NCBI RefSeq assembly: GCF_000737315.1
Contig: NZ_JMCB01000018.1
Location: forward strand, 62,001-126,000
From: Hyalangium minutum
GTDB taxonomy: Bacteria; Myxococcota; Myxococcia; Myxococcales; Myxococcaceae
Direction: 5' to 3'
Length of the DNA: 64,000 nt
The notes under the pieces: model-generated
Seen by the model: the letters and a program-made list of their open reading frames with translations, nothing else
What the model was told of the DNA's origin: nothing
Databases searched by the model: none
Shown: positions 18,392-27,212 of the stretch, one piece after another
How the letters are laid out: every line of letters starts with the position of its first letter
How positions within the stretch are numbered: position 1 is the stretch's first letter
Program-made: the position numbers and the translations under genes

Positions 18392-19594
18392 ATGCGCGCC
18401 ATCATCCACGTCGACATGGACGCCTTCTACGCATCCGTCGAGCAGCGGGACAACCCGTCTCTGCGTGGCAAGCCTGTCATCGTCGGCGGGCATGCACAGC
18501 GCGGTGTGGTGGTGGCCGCCTCGTACGAGGTGCGTCCCTTCGGCGTCCGCAGCGCCATGCCCATGGCCCGCGCGGTAAAGATGGCGCCCCAGGCCATCGT
18601 CGTCCCGCCCCGGTTCTCCGCCTACTCCGAGGCCAGCGAGCAGGTGTTCGCCATCTTCGAGCGGTACACCCCGCTCATCGAGCCGCTCTCGCTGGATGAG
18701 GCCTTCCTGGATGTGACGGCCTCCGTGCGCCTGTTCGGCGCGCCCGCGGAGATCGCCCGCCGCATCCGCAAGGAGATCGCCACCGAGCTGAACCTGCCGG
18801 CCTCGGCCGGAATTGCCCCGGTGAAGTTCGTGGCGAAGATCGCCTCGGACCTGGCCAAGCCCAACGGCCAGCGCGAGATCCGCGCCGAAGAGGTGGTGCC
18901 TGTCCTCGCGAAGCTCCCGGTGTCGCGCCTGTGGGGCGTGGGCCCGAAGACCGAGGAGGTGCTCACGCGCGCCGGGCTGAAGACGATCGGCGACGTGGCG
19001 GCGCGAGACGTGGCGTGGCTGGAGAACCGCCTGGGCTCGCAGGGGCGCCACCTCTGGGAGCTGTCCCAGGGCATCGATTCCCGCGAGGTGGTGCCAGATC
19101 GCGCTGCCAAGAGCGTGGGCGCCGAGGACACCTTCGAGGAGGACCTCACGGGCCTGGATCTGCTGCGCCCGCACATCCACGCCCAGGCGCTCCGGGTGGG
19201 ACGGCGGCTGCGCCGGGCCGGCGTGAAGGGCCGCGTGGTGCAGCTCAAGCTGAAGTTCTCCGACTTCAACGTCATCACCCGGCGCACCACCCTCTCCGCG
19301 CCGACCGATGATGGGCAGGCCATCTACCGCGCCGCGCTCGAGCTGCTGGAGCGCGCCCACGAGGGCAAGCCCCTTCGGCTCACGGGAGTGTCCGTGCAGT
19401 CCCTGGGCGAGCAGCAGGAGCCGCAACAGCTCGGGCTCTTCCAGGCCCCGGCGGCGCCTCCGCCTCGCAGCGCGAAGCTCAACGCTGCGTTGGACCGCAT
19501 CGCCGAGCGCTTCGGAACCAAGGCCATCACCACCGCCGATCTCGCCGAGAGCGGTGGGACGGCGGACGACGAAGATCCGTGGGAGCGGCCGTGA
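18392..19594 (+). CDS. dinB: DNA polymerase IV (Y family)
   Basis: Start re-called to ATG 18392. IIHVDMDAFYASVE, ASYEVR.FGV.SAMP, SLDEAFLD, AKIASD..KPNG and LWGVG motifs. Confidence 0.96.
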   Translation: MRAIIHVDMDAFYASVEQRDNPSLRGKPVIVGGHAQRGVVVAASYEVRPFGVRSAMPMARAVKMAPQAIVVPPRFSAYSEASEQVFAIFERYTPLIEPLSLDEAFLDVTASVRLFGAPAEIARRIRKEIATELNLPASAGIAPVKFVAKIASDLAKPNGQREIRAEEVVPVLAKLPVSRLWGVGPKTEEVLTRAGLKTIGDVAARDVAWLENRLGSQGRHLWELSQGIDSREVVPDRAAKSVGAEDTFEEDLTGLDLLRPHIHAQALRVGRRLRRAGVKGRVVQLKLKFSDFNVITRRTTLSAPTDDGQAIYRAALELLERAHEGKPLRLTGVSVQSLGEQQEPQQLGLFQAPAAPPPRSAKLNAALDRIAERFGTKAITTADLAESGGTADDEDPWERP

Positions 19595-19598
19595 AACT

Positions 19599-19640
19599 CG
19601 GCTCCCCCGCCCCTCCCCCTGGATAAGGGCGGGGGAGCCG
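19599..19640 (+). terminator. GC-rich hairpin downstream of dinB
   Basis: Perfect 14-bp inverted repeat cggctcccccgccc (19599-19612) / gggcgggggagccg (19627-19640), 4 nt after the stop; no U-tract. Confidence 0.55.
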
Positions 19641-20042
19641 CACAGCTCTGCTCATCCCACAAAGCGCCTCGAACCCGCCCGGTCCTTCCGACGGCTTGCC
19701 TTTCCTCCCGCAACGAGAGCGATGGCGGGAGAAAGAGCCTAGGGCTTTGCCATAAAGAGGGACCGCGTCGCACGTTGTCCCAAAAAACCGTACTGCAACC
19801 TACATTTCCTGGTTCCGGTTTTGTCCCTCCAGACGAAGAGTTCCTGAGGTTTCAAGCGGTTACGGGGGCGCAAGGCTTCAGGAGTGCGCTCGCTGCCCGT
19901 GCCTGAACTTCTCCAGACGGCGCTGCATGCGCACCGTCGTCGATGGGCCGAGGGGGCAGCGGAACCGGCCCACACTGGCACCGCGCATCCCTCCCTCCTG
20001 TGTGCCGTGAGTGACCGGCGCGCCCTTCCCTCCGGAGGATGC

Positions 20043-21824
20043 ATGAAACGACACGAAGCGGTCATCCCGGTCCTGGCTGTGGCGCTGGGCCTCTTGGCGC
20101 CCCAGTTCAGTCGAGCAGAGGAGACCTCGGGCTCCTGTCCCGCTGACGCCGCGTTGACGGCCATCTCCACCATCCAGGGCAGCGGAGCCTCCAGTCCGCT
20201 CGCCGGGCGCACGGTCACCACCGCGGGCGTCGTCACCGGTGACTTCCAGCCTGCGGAGCTTCAGAGCGGGTTCTTCCTCCAGTCCGAGCAAGGTGATGGC
20301 AATCCCGCCACCAGCGAGGGGCTCTTCATCTACGTGCCTGGAGCCAACCCGCTGTCGCGCATCGAGGTGCGCCCGGGCGATCGCGTGCGCGTGAGCGGCA
20401 CTGTCAAGGAGTACCGCACGGGCAGCGGCACACTCACGGAGCTCGATACCATCAGCGCGCTTACCGTCTGCTCGACGGGCCCGGAGCTCGCACCCGCTCT
20501 CGTGTCGCTGCCGGTGGAGGCCATCACGGATCTGGAGGCCTACGAGGGCATGCTCGTCACCTTCCCGCAGGTGCTCACCGTGACAGAGACGTACAACCTG
20601 GGCCGGTATGGAGAGCTGCTCCTGTCCAGCGGCGGGCGCCTCTTCCACCCCAACAACGGCCAGGGTGGCTCTCCCGAGGAGTACCCGCTGCGGAGCATCC
20701 TCCTCGATGACGCCAGCTCGCGGCAGAATCCGGCTCCCCTGCCCTTCCTGTCTTCGCCTGGCGTGGATGGCACTCGGCGCGTGGGGGACACCGTGAGCGG
20801 GCTGACCGGCGTGCTCTCCTTCCAATTCAGCGAGTACCGCGTCTACCCCACCGCCGAGCCCGCCTTCGTCAACGCCAACCCGCGAACGGCCGCGCCGGAG
20901 CGCATCGCGGGTGAGGTGAAGGCCGCCAGCTTCAACGTCCTCAACTACTTCACGACCCTGAACTCCCGCGGAGCCAACTCGGCGACGGAGTTCGCGCGGC
21001 AGAAGGCGAAGATCGTGGCGGCACTGAAGGCGCTCGACGCGGATGTGGTGGGCCTCATCGAGGTGGAGAACAACGGCACGGTCGCGCTCCAGGATCTGGT
21101 GGATGCGCTGAACGCCGCCTACGGAGCGCCCGTGTACGCTGCCGTGCCGGATCCCGCGACAGGTACCGGGAGTGACGCGATCAGGGTGGCCCTCATCTAC
21201 AAACCGGGCTCGCTGAGCCTCACGGGCGAGTCCCTCAGCTTCCCGGATCCGATGTTCGATCGGTACCCAGTCGCGCAGACCTTCCGCAGGAACACAGGCA
21301 GCAACCAGACCAGCACAGACTTCACCGTGGTCATCAACCACTTCAAGTCCAAGGGCTCCTGTCCCTCGAGCGGGGACGTGGACCAGGGCCAGGGCTGCTG
21401 GAACCAGAAGCGCGTCGAGCAGGCGCGGAAGCTCCTTCAATTCGTCGGGGAGTTGCAGAGGCGCTCGGGCGATCAGGATGTGCTCGTGATCGGCGACTTG
21501 AACGCCTACGGCGAGGAGGATCCAGTGCAGACCCTCGTGGCGGGCGGGCTGGAGCACCTGAGCCTGCGGATCCCCGCCGCGCAACGCTACAGCTTCGTGT
21601 TCGACGGCCAGTCAGGAGAGCTCGACCACGCACTGGCCACTCCGAGCCTCGCTGCGAGGGTGCGTGGCATCACCCCGTGGCACATCAACGCGGATGAGCC
21701 GGCGGTGCTCGACTACAACACCGAGTTCAAGACGGATGACCGCTACGCGCCCACGCCGTTCCGCTCGAGCGACCACGATCCCCTGCTCATCGGAATCGAC
21801 CTGGGCGCCGTGTGCCCGAGGTGA
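20043..21824 (+). CDS. ExeM/NucH family extracellular endonuclease (OB fold + EEP domain)
   Basis: Start re-called to ATG 20043. Signal peptide; ISTIQG, GFFLQ, SEGLFIY, SFNVLNYF, NHFKSK, GDLNAY, LDHAL and SDHDP motifs. Confidence 0.92.
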   Translation: MKRHEAVIPVLAVALGLLAPQFSRAEETSGSCPADAALTAISTIQGSGASSPLAGRTVTTAGVVTGDFQPAELQSGFFLQSEQGDGNPATSEGLFIYVPGANPLSRIEVRPGDRVRVSGTVKEYRTGSGTLTELDTISALTVCSTGPELAPALVSLPVEAITDLEAYEGMLVTFPQVLTVTETYNLGRYGELLLSSGGRLFHPNNGQGGSPEEYPLRSILLDDASSRQNPAPLPFLSSPGVDGTRRVGDTVSGLTGVLSFQFSEYRVYPTAEPAFVNANPRTAAPERIAGEVKAASFNVLNYFTTLNSRGANSATEFARQKAKIVAALKALDADVVGLIEVENNGTVALQDLVDALNAAYGAPVYAAVPDPATGTGSDAIRVALIYKPGSLSLTGESLSFPDPMFDRYPVAQTFRRNTGSNQTSTDFTVVINHFKSKGSCPSSGDVDQGQGCWNQKRVEQARKLLQFVGELQRRSGDQDVLVIGDLNAYGEEDPVQTLVAGGLEHLSLRIPAAQRYSFVFDGQSGELDHALATPSLAARVRGITPWHINADEPAVLDYNTEFKTDDRYAPTPFRSSDHDPLLIGIDLGAVCPR

Positions 21825-21827
21825 GCA

Positions 21828-22505
21828 CTACGGGCGGACGTCGTCGAAGCTGTGGGCCACGGGGTGAGTCCCCGGATCCACTGCGGGTCCCTCGCCTCGC
21901 ATGAGGCACCACGTCCGCAGTCCCGAGGCACGGGCTGCGTCCAGCTCCTCGCGCACGTCCGAGAGGAACAGGACCTCATCCGCGGGAAGCCCCAGCTCCC
22001 GGACGATGGCGGCATACGAGGGGGCTTCCTTCTTGCCGCCCACTCGGGTGTCGAAGTAGCCGCTGAACAGCGGCGTGAGATCACCAAAGGGCGTGTATCC
22101 GAAGATCAGCCGCTGCGCGTGCTCCGAACCGGACGAGTACACATAGAGACGCAGGCCCTGCAGATGCCATTCGCGCAGCCGCCGTGCCGCGTCCTCGTAG
22201 ACGTGGCCCTGGAAGTCGCCTTGTCGATAGCCCTCCTCCCAGAGCAGCCCCTGCAAGCCCTTGAGGGGCGCGAGCTTCTGATCCGTCTCGATCCACTTCA
22301 GCAGGACACCCACCAGCCCCTCATCGTCCACCGTCCCGCCCGCCAGCTTGCGCGCCTCGTCGAGCAGCTGGCGCACCTCGGGACGGTGTCCCTGAGACCG
22401 CACGAAGTCCGGAAGGTGGCGCGTGGAGTACGGAAACAGCACCTCCTTCACGAACGACAGGCTCGTCGTGGTGCCCTCGATGTCCGTGATGATGGCTCGA
22501 ACCAT
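21828..22505 (-). CDS. mtnC: Enolase-phosphatase E1 (acireductone synthase)
   Basis: DIEGTTT HAD motif, LKGLQG..W..GY, VYSSGS and FLSD...ELDAA. Confidence 0.95.
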   Translation of the reverse strand: MVRAIITDIEGTTTSLSFVKEVLFPYSTRHLPDFVRSQGHRPEVRQLLDEARKLAGGTVDDEGLVGVLLKWIETDQKLAPLKGLQGLLWEEGYRQGDFQGHVYEDAARRLREWHLQGLRLYVYSSGSEHAQRLIFGYTPFGDLTPLFSGYFDTRVGGKKEAPSYAAIVRELGLPADEVLFLSDVREELDAARASGLRTWCLMRGEGPAVDPGTHPVAHSFDDVRP

Positions 22506-22509
22506 GTCG

Positions 22510-23052
22510 CTAGGCCGCCAGGTACGGGAAGCGCGTGGCGATGTCGTTGCCCGTGAAGTGCGCCACCCAGCCCTCCGTGTTCGTGAACAGGCGGATGGCG
22601 ATGAAGTGCGGCCGGGGCCCCATGTCGAACCAGTGCGGCGTGCCGTCCGGAACGCCGATCAAGTCGCCCTTCTCGCACCGCACCGCGAACACCTTGCCCT
22701 GCCGGTGGATGTTGAAGAGCCCCTGGCCCTCCACGAAGAAGCGCACCTCGTCCTCGCTGTGCGTGTGCTCGCTGAGGAACTTGTTGCGCAGCTCCTCACT
22801 CTTCGGGTGGTCCGGCACCATCTTGATCACGTCCACCGACCGAAACCCCTTCTCCGCCATCAGCCGATCCACCGAGTCCCGATACGCCGCCAGGATGTCC
22901 GCCTCGCCCGCATCCGGCGACAGCGGCCGGTTGGCCGCCCAGCGCTCGAAGCGGATCCCCGCCGCCCCCAGCTCGCGCTGAATGGACGCGAAGTCCGTGT
23001 AGACGCTCGTCTGACTGGAATCGTGGTCCGGGTACACCTTCAGCTCGCTCAT
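22510..23052 (-). CDS. mtnD: Acireductone dioxygenase
   Basis: FLSEHTHSEDEVRFFV cupin motif; PDGTPHWFDMG. Confidence 0.95.
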   Translation of the reverse strand: MSELKVYPDHDSSQTSVYTDFASIQRELGAAGIRFERWAANRPLSPDAGEADILAAYRDSVDRLMAEKGFRSVDVIKMVPDHPKSEELRNKFLSEHTHSEDEVRFFVEGQGLFNIHRQGKVFAVRCEKGDLIGVPDGTPHWFDMGPRPHFIAIRLFTNTEGWVAHFTGNDIATRFPYLAA

Positions 23053-23678
23053 CGCGACAACCTCCTCATCTCGATCTCACAGGCCAACAGGAACTCGAAG
23101 GCCTCCACGTGCCGGCACGCCTCCTCCACGCTCCGTCCCCACGTGTACAGCCCGTGTCCCGCAATCAGGTAGCCGTGCATCTCCGGGTGCTCGGCCATGT
23201 ACTCCTGCACCCGCGCCGCCAGCCGGGGCACGTCCTGGTCGTTCGGAAAGATGGGCACCTCCACCCGGGCCTCGTGGGTGCCAATGCCTCGCAGTGCCTT
23301 GAGCACCTCGTAGCCCTCGAGCACCAGCACGTCGCGGTGCAGGCGGGACAGCAGCGTGGCGTTCACCGAGTGCGTATGGAGCACGGCGCCCAGCGACTCG
23401 TCGCGCTGGTAGATCTGGAGGTGCAGCGGCAGCTCCGCCGAGGGCCGCTTGCCCTCCGAGCGCACCTGCCCCTCCACGTCCACCACCAGGAAGTCCTCGG
23501 CGGTCAGCTCGCCCTTGTGGCGGCCGGAGACCGTGATGGCCACGTGGCGCTCGTCCAGCCGGGCGGAGAAGTTGCCCGCAGTGGCTGGGACCCAGCCGCG
23601 CTCGAAAAAGAAGCGCCCGGCGCGAATCAGCTCCGCGGCCCGGGTACTGAAGGTGTCCTCAGAATGCACGGACACCAC
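23049..23678 (-). CDS. mtnB: Methylthioribulose-1-phosphate dehydratase
   Basis: GWVPATAGNFS, PSAELPLH, HTHS and GHGLYTWG class II aldolase motifs. Confidence 0.95.
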   Translation of the reverse strand: MVSVHSEDTFSTRAAELIRAGRFFFERGWVPATAGNFSARLDERHVAITVSGRHKGELTAEDFLVVDVEGQVRSEGKRPSAELPLHLQIYQRDESLGAVLHTHSVNATLLSRLHRDVLVLEGYEVLKALRGIGTHEARVEVPIFPNDQDVPRLAARVQEYMAEHPEMHGYLIAGHGLYTWGRSVEEACRHVEAFEFLLACEIEMRRLSR

Positions 23679-23698
23679 TCTATGCGGTCCCCGCGCGC

Positions 23699-25249
23699 TC
23701 AGCGAAGCCCCACACGGAGCCCACCGAAGGTCATCTGCTCCGCCCCCGCGCTGTCACCCGAGTGCGTCATCGGAGCCTCCGACACCCCCAGCGCCACGAC
23801 GGCCCCGTCCCACGTATCCACGGTCAGCAGGTGGAAGTGCCGCGCTCCTCCTCCAAGTCCCACACTCCGCGTCCGCACAGCTCCCCCATCCCCTGGAATG
23901 AAGGCGAGCAGGGGTCCGGCACCGCGAGAGACGCTCATCCCGCCGTTCCAGCGATCCCAGTCCGCCGCCCCTGCGGCGAGCAGCCCCTCTTCCGTCCAGC
24001 GGAGCGCGGCGAAGTACTCGGCACGGCCCTCGTCGACGTAGACCTCGGATCGCAGAGCTCCCGTGGCCCGATCGAGAACCGCCACGTAGCCATCGTAAGG
24101 GAGCATGATGGGCTCGGCGCTGGGCGAGGCGGCGTAGTACTTGACCGTGCCGTCCTCCTGGAACCGGACGGCCGTGCCAGCGACGGCCACCTCCTCACCG
24201 CGGAGGGCCATGTCGAACACGACGAACTCCTCCAAGCCCTCGGGAGCCAGGACATGTGTTCCCTCGCGCGCCCCCTCGGGAGAGAACGAGGTGAACGCAA
24301 ACGGCTGATACCGGTGCGGGCTGTTACGCATCCCCAGGATGCGGCACTCGGTGGACGAGAGCTCCTGGAAGGTCTGGCTCAGAGCGGTGCAGCGACCCTG
24401 GCTCAGGGCCCGCCCGACGATCACGCGCCCCTCGGGGCTGACGGCCAGCAGCGGCTGCGTGGCCGCATCGAGCCAGTGGAACTCGTCGTACTGCCAGGCC
24501 ACCTGAATCAGCGAGTGCAGTCCGTCGACGACCCGCGCCCACTGCTCCGTGTAGCGGCCGCCCGACCACTGGAGCGCCATCACCCCCGAGGCGAGGGCCT
24601 GGGTGCCACTCTCATCGCCCCGATCCACATACGAGAGGAAGGCCACGGCGAGTTCCTCCCCTCGGGCCTCCAGCCGCACCCACGGCAGCCACTTGCCGAC
24701 ATGCGAGCCCGCGGGCACGGCCTTCATGAGGAAGGGCGAGGCAGGCAGGAGTCCTAAATCTCCCGGGGGCAGCGTCTCGGGCGCCGGAAGCCGCTGCCGC
24801 GCAAGCACCGCGCCGTCCACCGACAGGCGCACGAGCTCGAACGTGTCACGCACCTCGTCCGTGTGCTCCACGCTCAGGCTCACCTCTCCCGAGGGGTGCA
24901 CGGTGAAGTCCATCAACAGCTCTTGCGGCTGTTCCGTGAACTGCCAGAGCACCTGGCCTTGCGCGGCATAGGCCACGAACCGGCGAGTCTCCACGGCGGC
25001 TGTGTCGCGAGTGATCTCGAGCGCGTACGAGCGCTCCCCCGCCATGCGCAGCTTGAGCCCGCCGTACCCCACGCGAGGCGAGCTCTGGTGGGCCACCCCG
25101 CCGCTCTCGAAGGCACGTGCCAGCGGGCCGCTGGCCACCGGGTTGGGGCGCTCCACCTCACCGCTGCAAGCGGAAGCCAGTCCGAGCACCCACACCCTCA
25201 TCAGGAGCGTCCGAGGCAGCATCGGCCGCGCTCCCCGCGAAGTCTTCAT
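23699..25249 (-). CDS. Hypothetical lipoprotein, probably beta-propeller-rich
   Basis: Lipobox LASAC; repeated short beta-strands with W/D (W..VVDG, VL.R.TG, DTWDG); start uncertain (25249, 25222 or 25201). Confidence 0.7.
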   Translation of the reverse strand: MKTSRGARPMLPRTLLMRVWVLGLASACSGEVERPNPVASGPLARAFESGGVAHQSSPRVGYGGLKLRMAGERSYALEITRDTAAVETRRFVAYAAQGQVLWQFTEQPQELLMDFTVHPSGEVSLSVEHTDEVRDTFELVRLSVDGAVLARQRLPAPETLPPGDLGLLPASPFLMKAVPAGSHVGKWLPWVRLEARGEELAVAFLSYVDRGDESGTQALASGVMALQWSGGRYTEQWARVVDGLHSLIQVAWQYDEFHWLDAATQPLLAVSPEGRVIVGRALSQGRCTALSQTFQELSSTECRILGMRNSPHRYQPFAFTSFSPEGAREGTHVLAPEGLEEFVVFDMALRGEEVAVAGTAVRFQEDGTVKYYAASPSAEPIMLPYDGYVAVLDRATGALRSEVYVDEGRAEYFAALRWTEEGLLAAGAADWDRWNGGMSVSRGAGPLLAFIPGDGGAVRTRSVGLGGGARHFHLLTVDTWDGAVVALGVSEAPMTHSGDSAGAEQMTFGGLRVGLR

Positions 25250-25337
25250 CAACGCATCCCCCCTTGGGGGGCGCGAGATAACAGTCGAGGGGCCAGCCCG
25301 GCACGAAAATCACGCGCCGACCCGCTCGGTCCGCGGC

Positions 25338-27056
25338 TCAGTCCTCGTCCGCCGCGTCCGGCTCGTCCGGCCCATCGGTGTCGGGGCCGCTGTCGTCCTC
25401 GGCCTCCGCGCTGCTGCCCGAGGCCTCGGCCTGAGGCGAGGAAGAAGCGGCCGCCTCGCCATTCCCACCCTGGCGCCCGGATCCATTCCGGCGGCGGCGG
25501 CGGCGGCGGCGCTTGCGGCCCGGCTCTGCGCCACCCTCGGCCGAAGCCCCCTCGGGGCGCGCCGGAGGCAGCTCTCCGCCCTTCCACGCCTCGAGCGCCT
25601 CGCGGAACTCGCCCGTGGCCTCCACGGAGATCTCGAACACCGTCATCGCCTCGCCGAAGAGCGGGTGCCGACGGAACGCGCCGGTGCGGCGGCGACGCTC
25701 GCCCGTGAGCGTGCGCTGGGCCAGCAGGAGCAGCCGACACCGCTCGGCAATGCGCCGGGGCAGCCGCGCCGTCTGAACGAAGCTGGCGAGCAGATCCTCG
25801 ATGGCCTGGGACACCGAGGGCCGAGCCCCAGGCTCCTGGGACTCCACCGGCGGCGGCGCCGCGCGGCTGATAGGAACCAGCAGCGTGGCCAGCAGGATCG
25901 CGTCATCCAGCGGCTCGCCCGAAGCCACTCGCCGATCCAGCGCCTCGGCGAAGGCGTAGAAGGTCTTCTCGCCCTCCTTGCCATTCTGCTTCAGGTAGGC
26001 GTCCACGGGCGGCAGGAGGATCTTCAGCGCGTCCAGCGCCGACAGCAGCTTGAGGCTCGGCGCCGCCACGCTGCCGCGGATGAGCCGGAACGTCTCCTCC
26101 AGCAACCGGGCCGGGGCGCAGCGCGGCAGATCCTCCACCGCGCCCTCCATCGCCGCGTAGGTCCGCGACTCGAGGTCGAAGCCCAGCTTGCTCGCGAAGC
26201 GCACGGCCCGGAGGATGCGCACCGGATCCTCGCGCATGCGGATCTCCGGGTCGCCGATGGTGCGGATGTACTGCTCGTCCAGGTCCCTCCGGCCCCGGAC
26301 GTAGTCGATCACCCGGCCCTCGGTGACGTCATAGAACAGGCCGTTGATGGTGAAGTCGCGGCGGCGCGCATCCTGCTCGGCGGTGCCGAACACGTTGTCG
26401 TGGGTGATGAGCAGATCCTCATCCCCGTTGCCATTGCCGTTCTCTCCGCCCTCCTCCTCGCTGGGAGGGCTCTCCATCATCAGCTCGGTCGGGTTGGCGC
26501 GGAAGGTGGAGACCTCGATGATCTTCCCACCCTTGAAGTAGACGTGCGCCAGCCGGAACCGGCGGCCGATGAGGCGGCAGTTGCGGAAGGTGGCGCGCAC
26601 CTCGCCCGGGTGGGCGCTGGTGGCCACGTCGAAGTCCTTGGGCTTGCGCTTCAGCAGCAAGTCTCTCACGCACCCGCCTACCAGATACGCCTGGTGGCCA
26701 TGCGCGTGCAGCCGGAGGACGACCTTGAGCGCATCCGGGTCCAGCTCCCGAGGGTCGATCTCGGCGGGCTCTCCGGTGCGGGTGGTCGTTGGAGCAACAA
26801 GCTCAGGGTCAGCGGAGGCAGGCTCGGGGGCCAGGACAGGGGGTACTTCGGGCTCGGGCCGGGGCTCGGGGGGCTCGGTCGGCAGCGGCAGACCCATTGC
26901 GTCTGCCTGCAGGTCCAGCTCTGCGGTCATCGGGGATTCCTCGTGCGCCGCCGCAGGGACCGTCAGGGCCTCTGGTGAGGCCACCTCGCGCGCGTTGTCG
27001 GGCGCAGGTTCTGGAGGTCCGCCTGCAGGCGGCGTTTCAGTAGAGTCTCGCGTCAT
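25338..27056 (-). CDS. pcnB: Poly(A) polymerase I
   Basis: VGGCVRDLL, KDFDVAT, RRDFTINGL and EDPVRILRA, plus the PAP-specific signature LIGRRFRLAHV. Start uncertain (27056 or 26930). Arg-rich/acidic C-tail. Confidence 0.93.
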   Translation of the reverse strand: MTRDSTETPPAGGPPEPAPDNAREVASPEALTVPAAAHEESPMTAELDLQADAMGLPLPTEPPEPRPEPEVPPVLAPEPASADPELVAPTTTRTGEPAEIDPRELDPDALKVVLRLHAHGHQAYLVGGCVRDLLLKRKPKDFDVATSAHPGEVRATFRNCRLIGRRFRLAHVYFKGGKIIEVSTFRANPTELMMESPPSEEEGGENGNGNGDEDLLITHDNVFGTAEQDARRRDFTINGLFYDVTEGRVIDYVRGRRDLDEQYIRTIGDPEIRMREDPVRILRAVRFASKLGFDLESRTYAAMEGAVEDLPRCAPARLLEETFRLIRGSVAAPSLKLLSALDALKILLPPVDAYLKQNGKEGEKTFYAFAEALDRRVASGEPLDDAILLATLLVPISRAAPPPVESQEPGARPSVSQAIEDLLASFVQTARLPRRIAERCRLLLLAQRTLTGERRRRTGAFRRHPLFGEAMTVFEISVEATGEFREALEAWKGGELPPARPEGASAEGGAEPGRKRRRRRRRRNGSGRQGGNGEAAASSSPQAEASGSSAEAEDDSGPDTDGPDEPDAADED

Positions 27057-27212
27057 CGCGTTGACGCCCCAGCCTTGGAACTTCGGGGGGCAGCCGTCTA
27101 TACCGCATCCTCGCGCCGCGCGCTCCAAACGTCATGCTATTGACAGCGCGGCCGAGTCAGCACTCAATCGCCCGCCAACCCCCCATCCGTCCGTAGAAAG
27201 CAGGAAATATTA

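Noticed and set aside
27134-27168. Perfect TTGACA (27140-27145) between pcnB and the S8 protease gene
   Set aside because: The hexamer 17 nt downstream (CTCAAT) is a poor -10 element. The promoter cannot be supported without TSS data.
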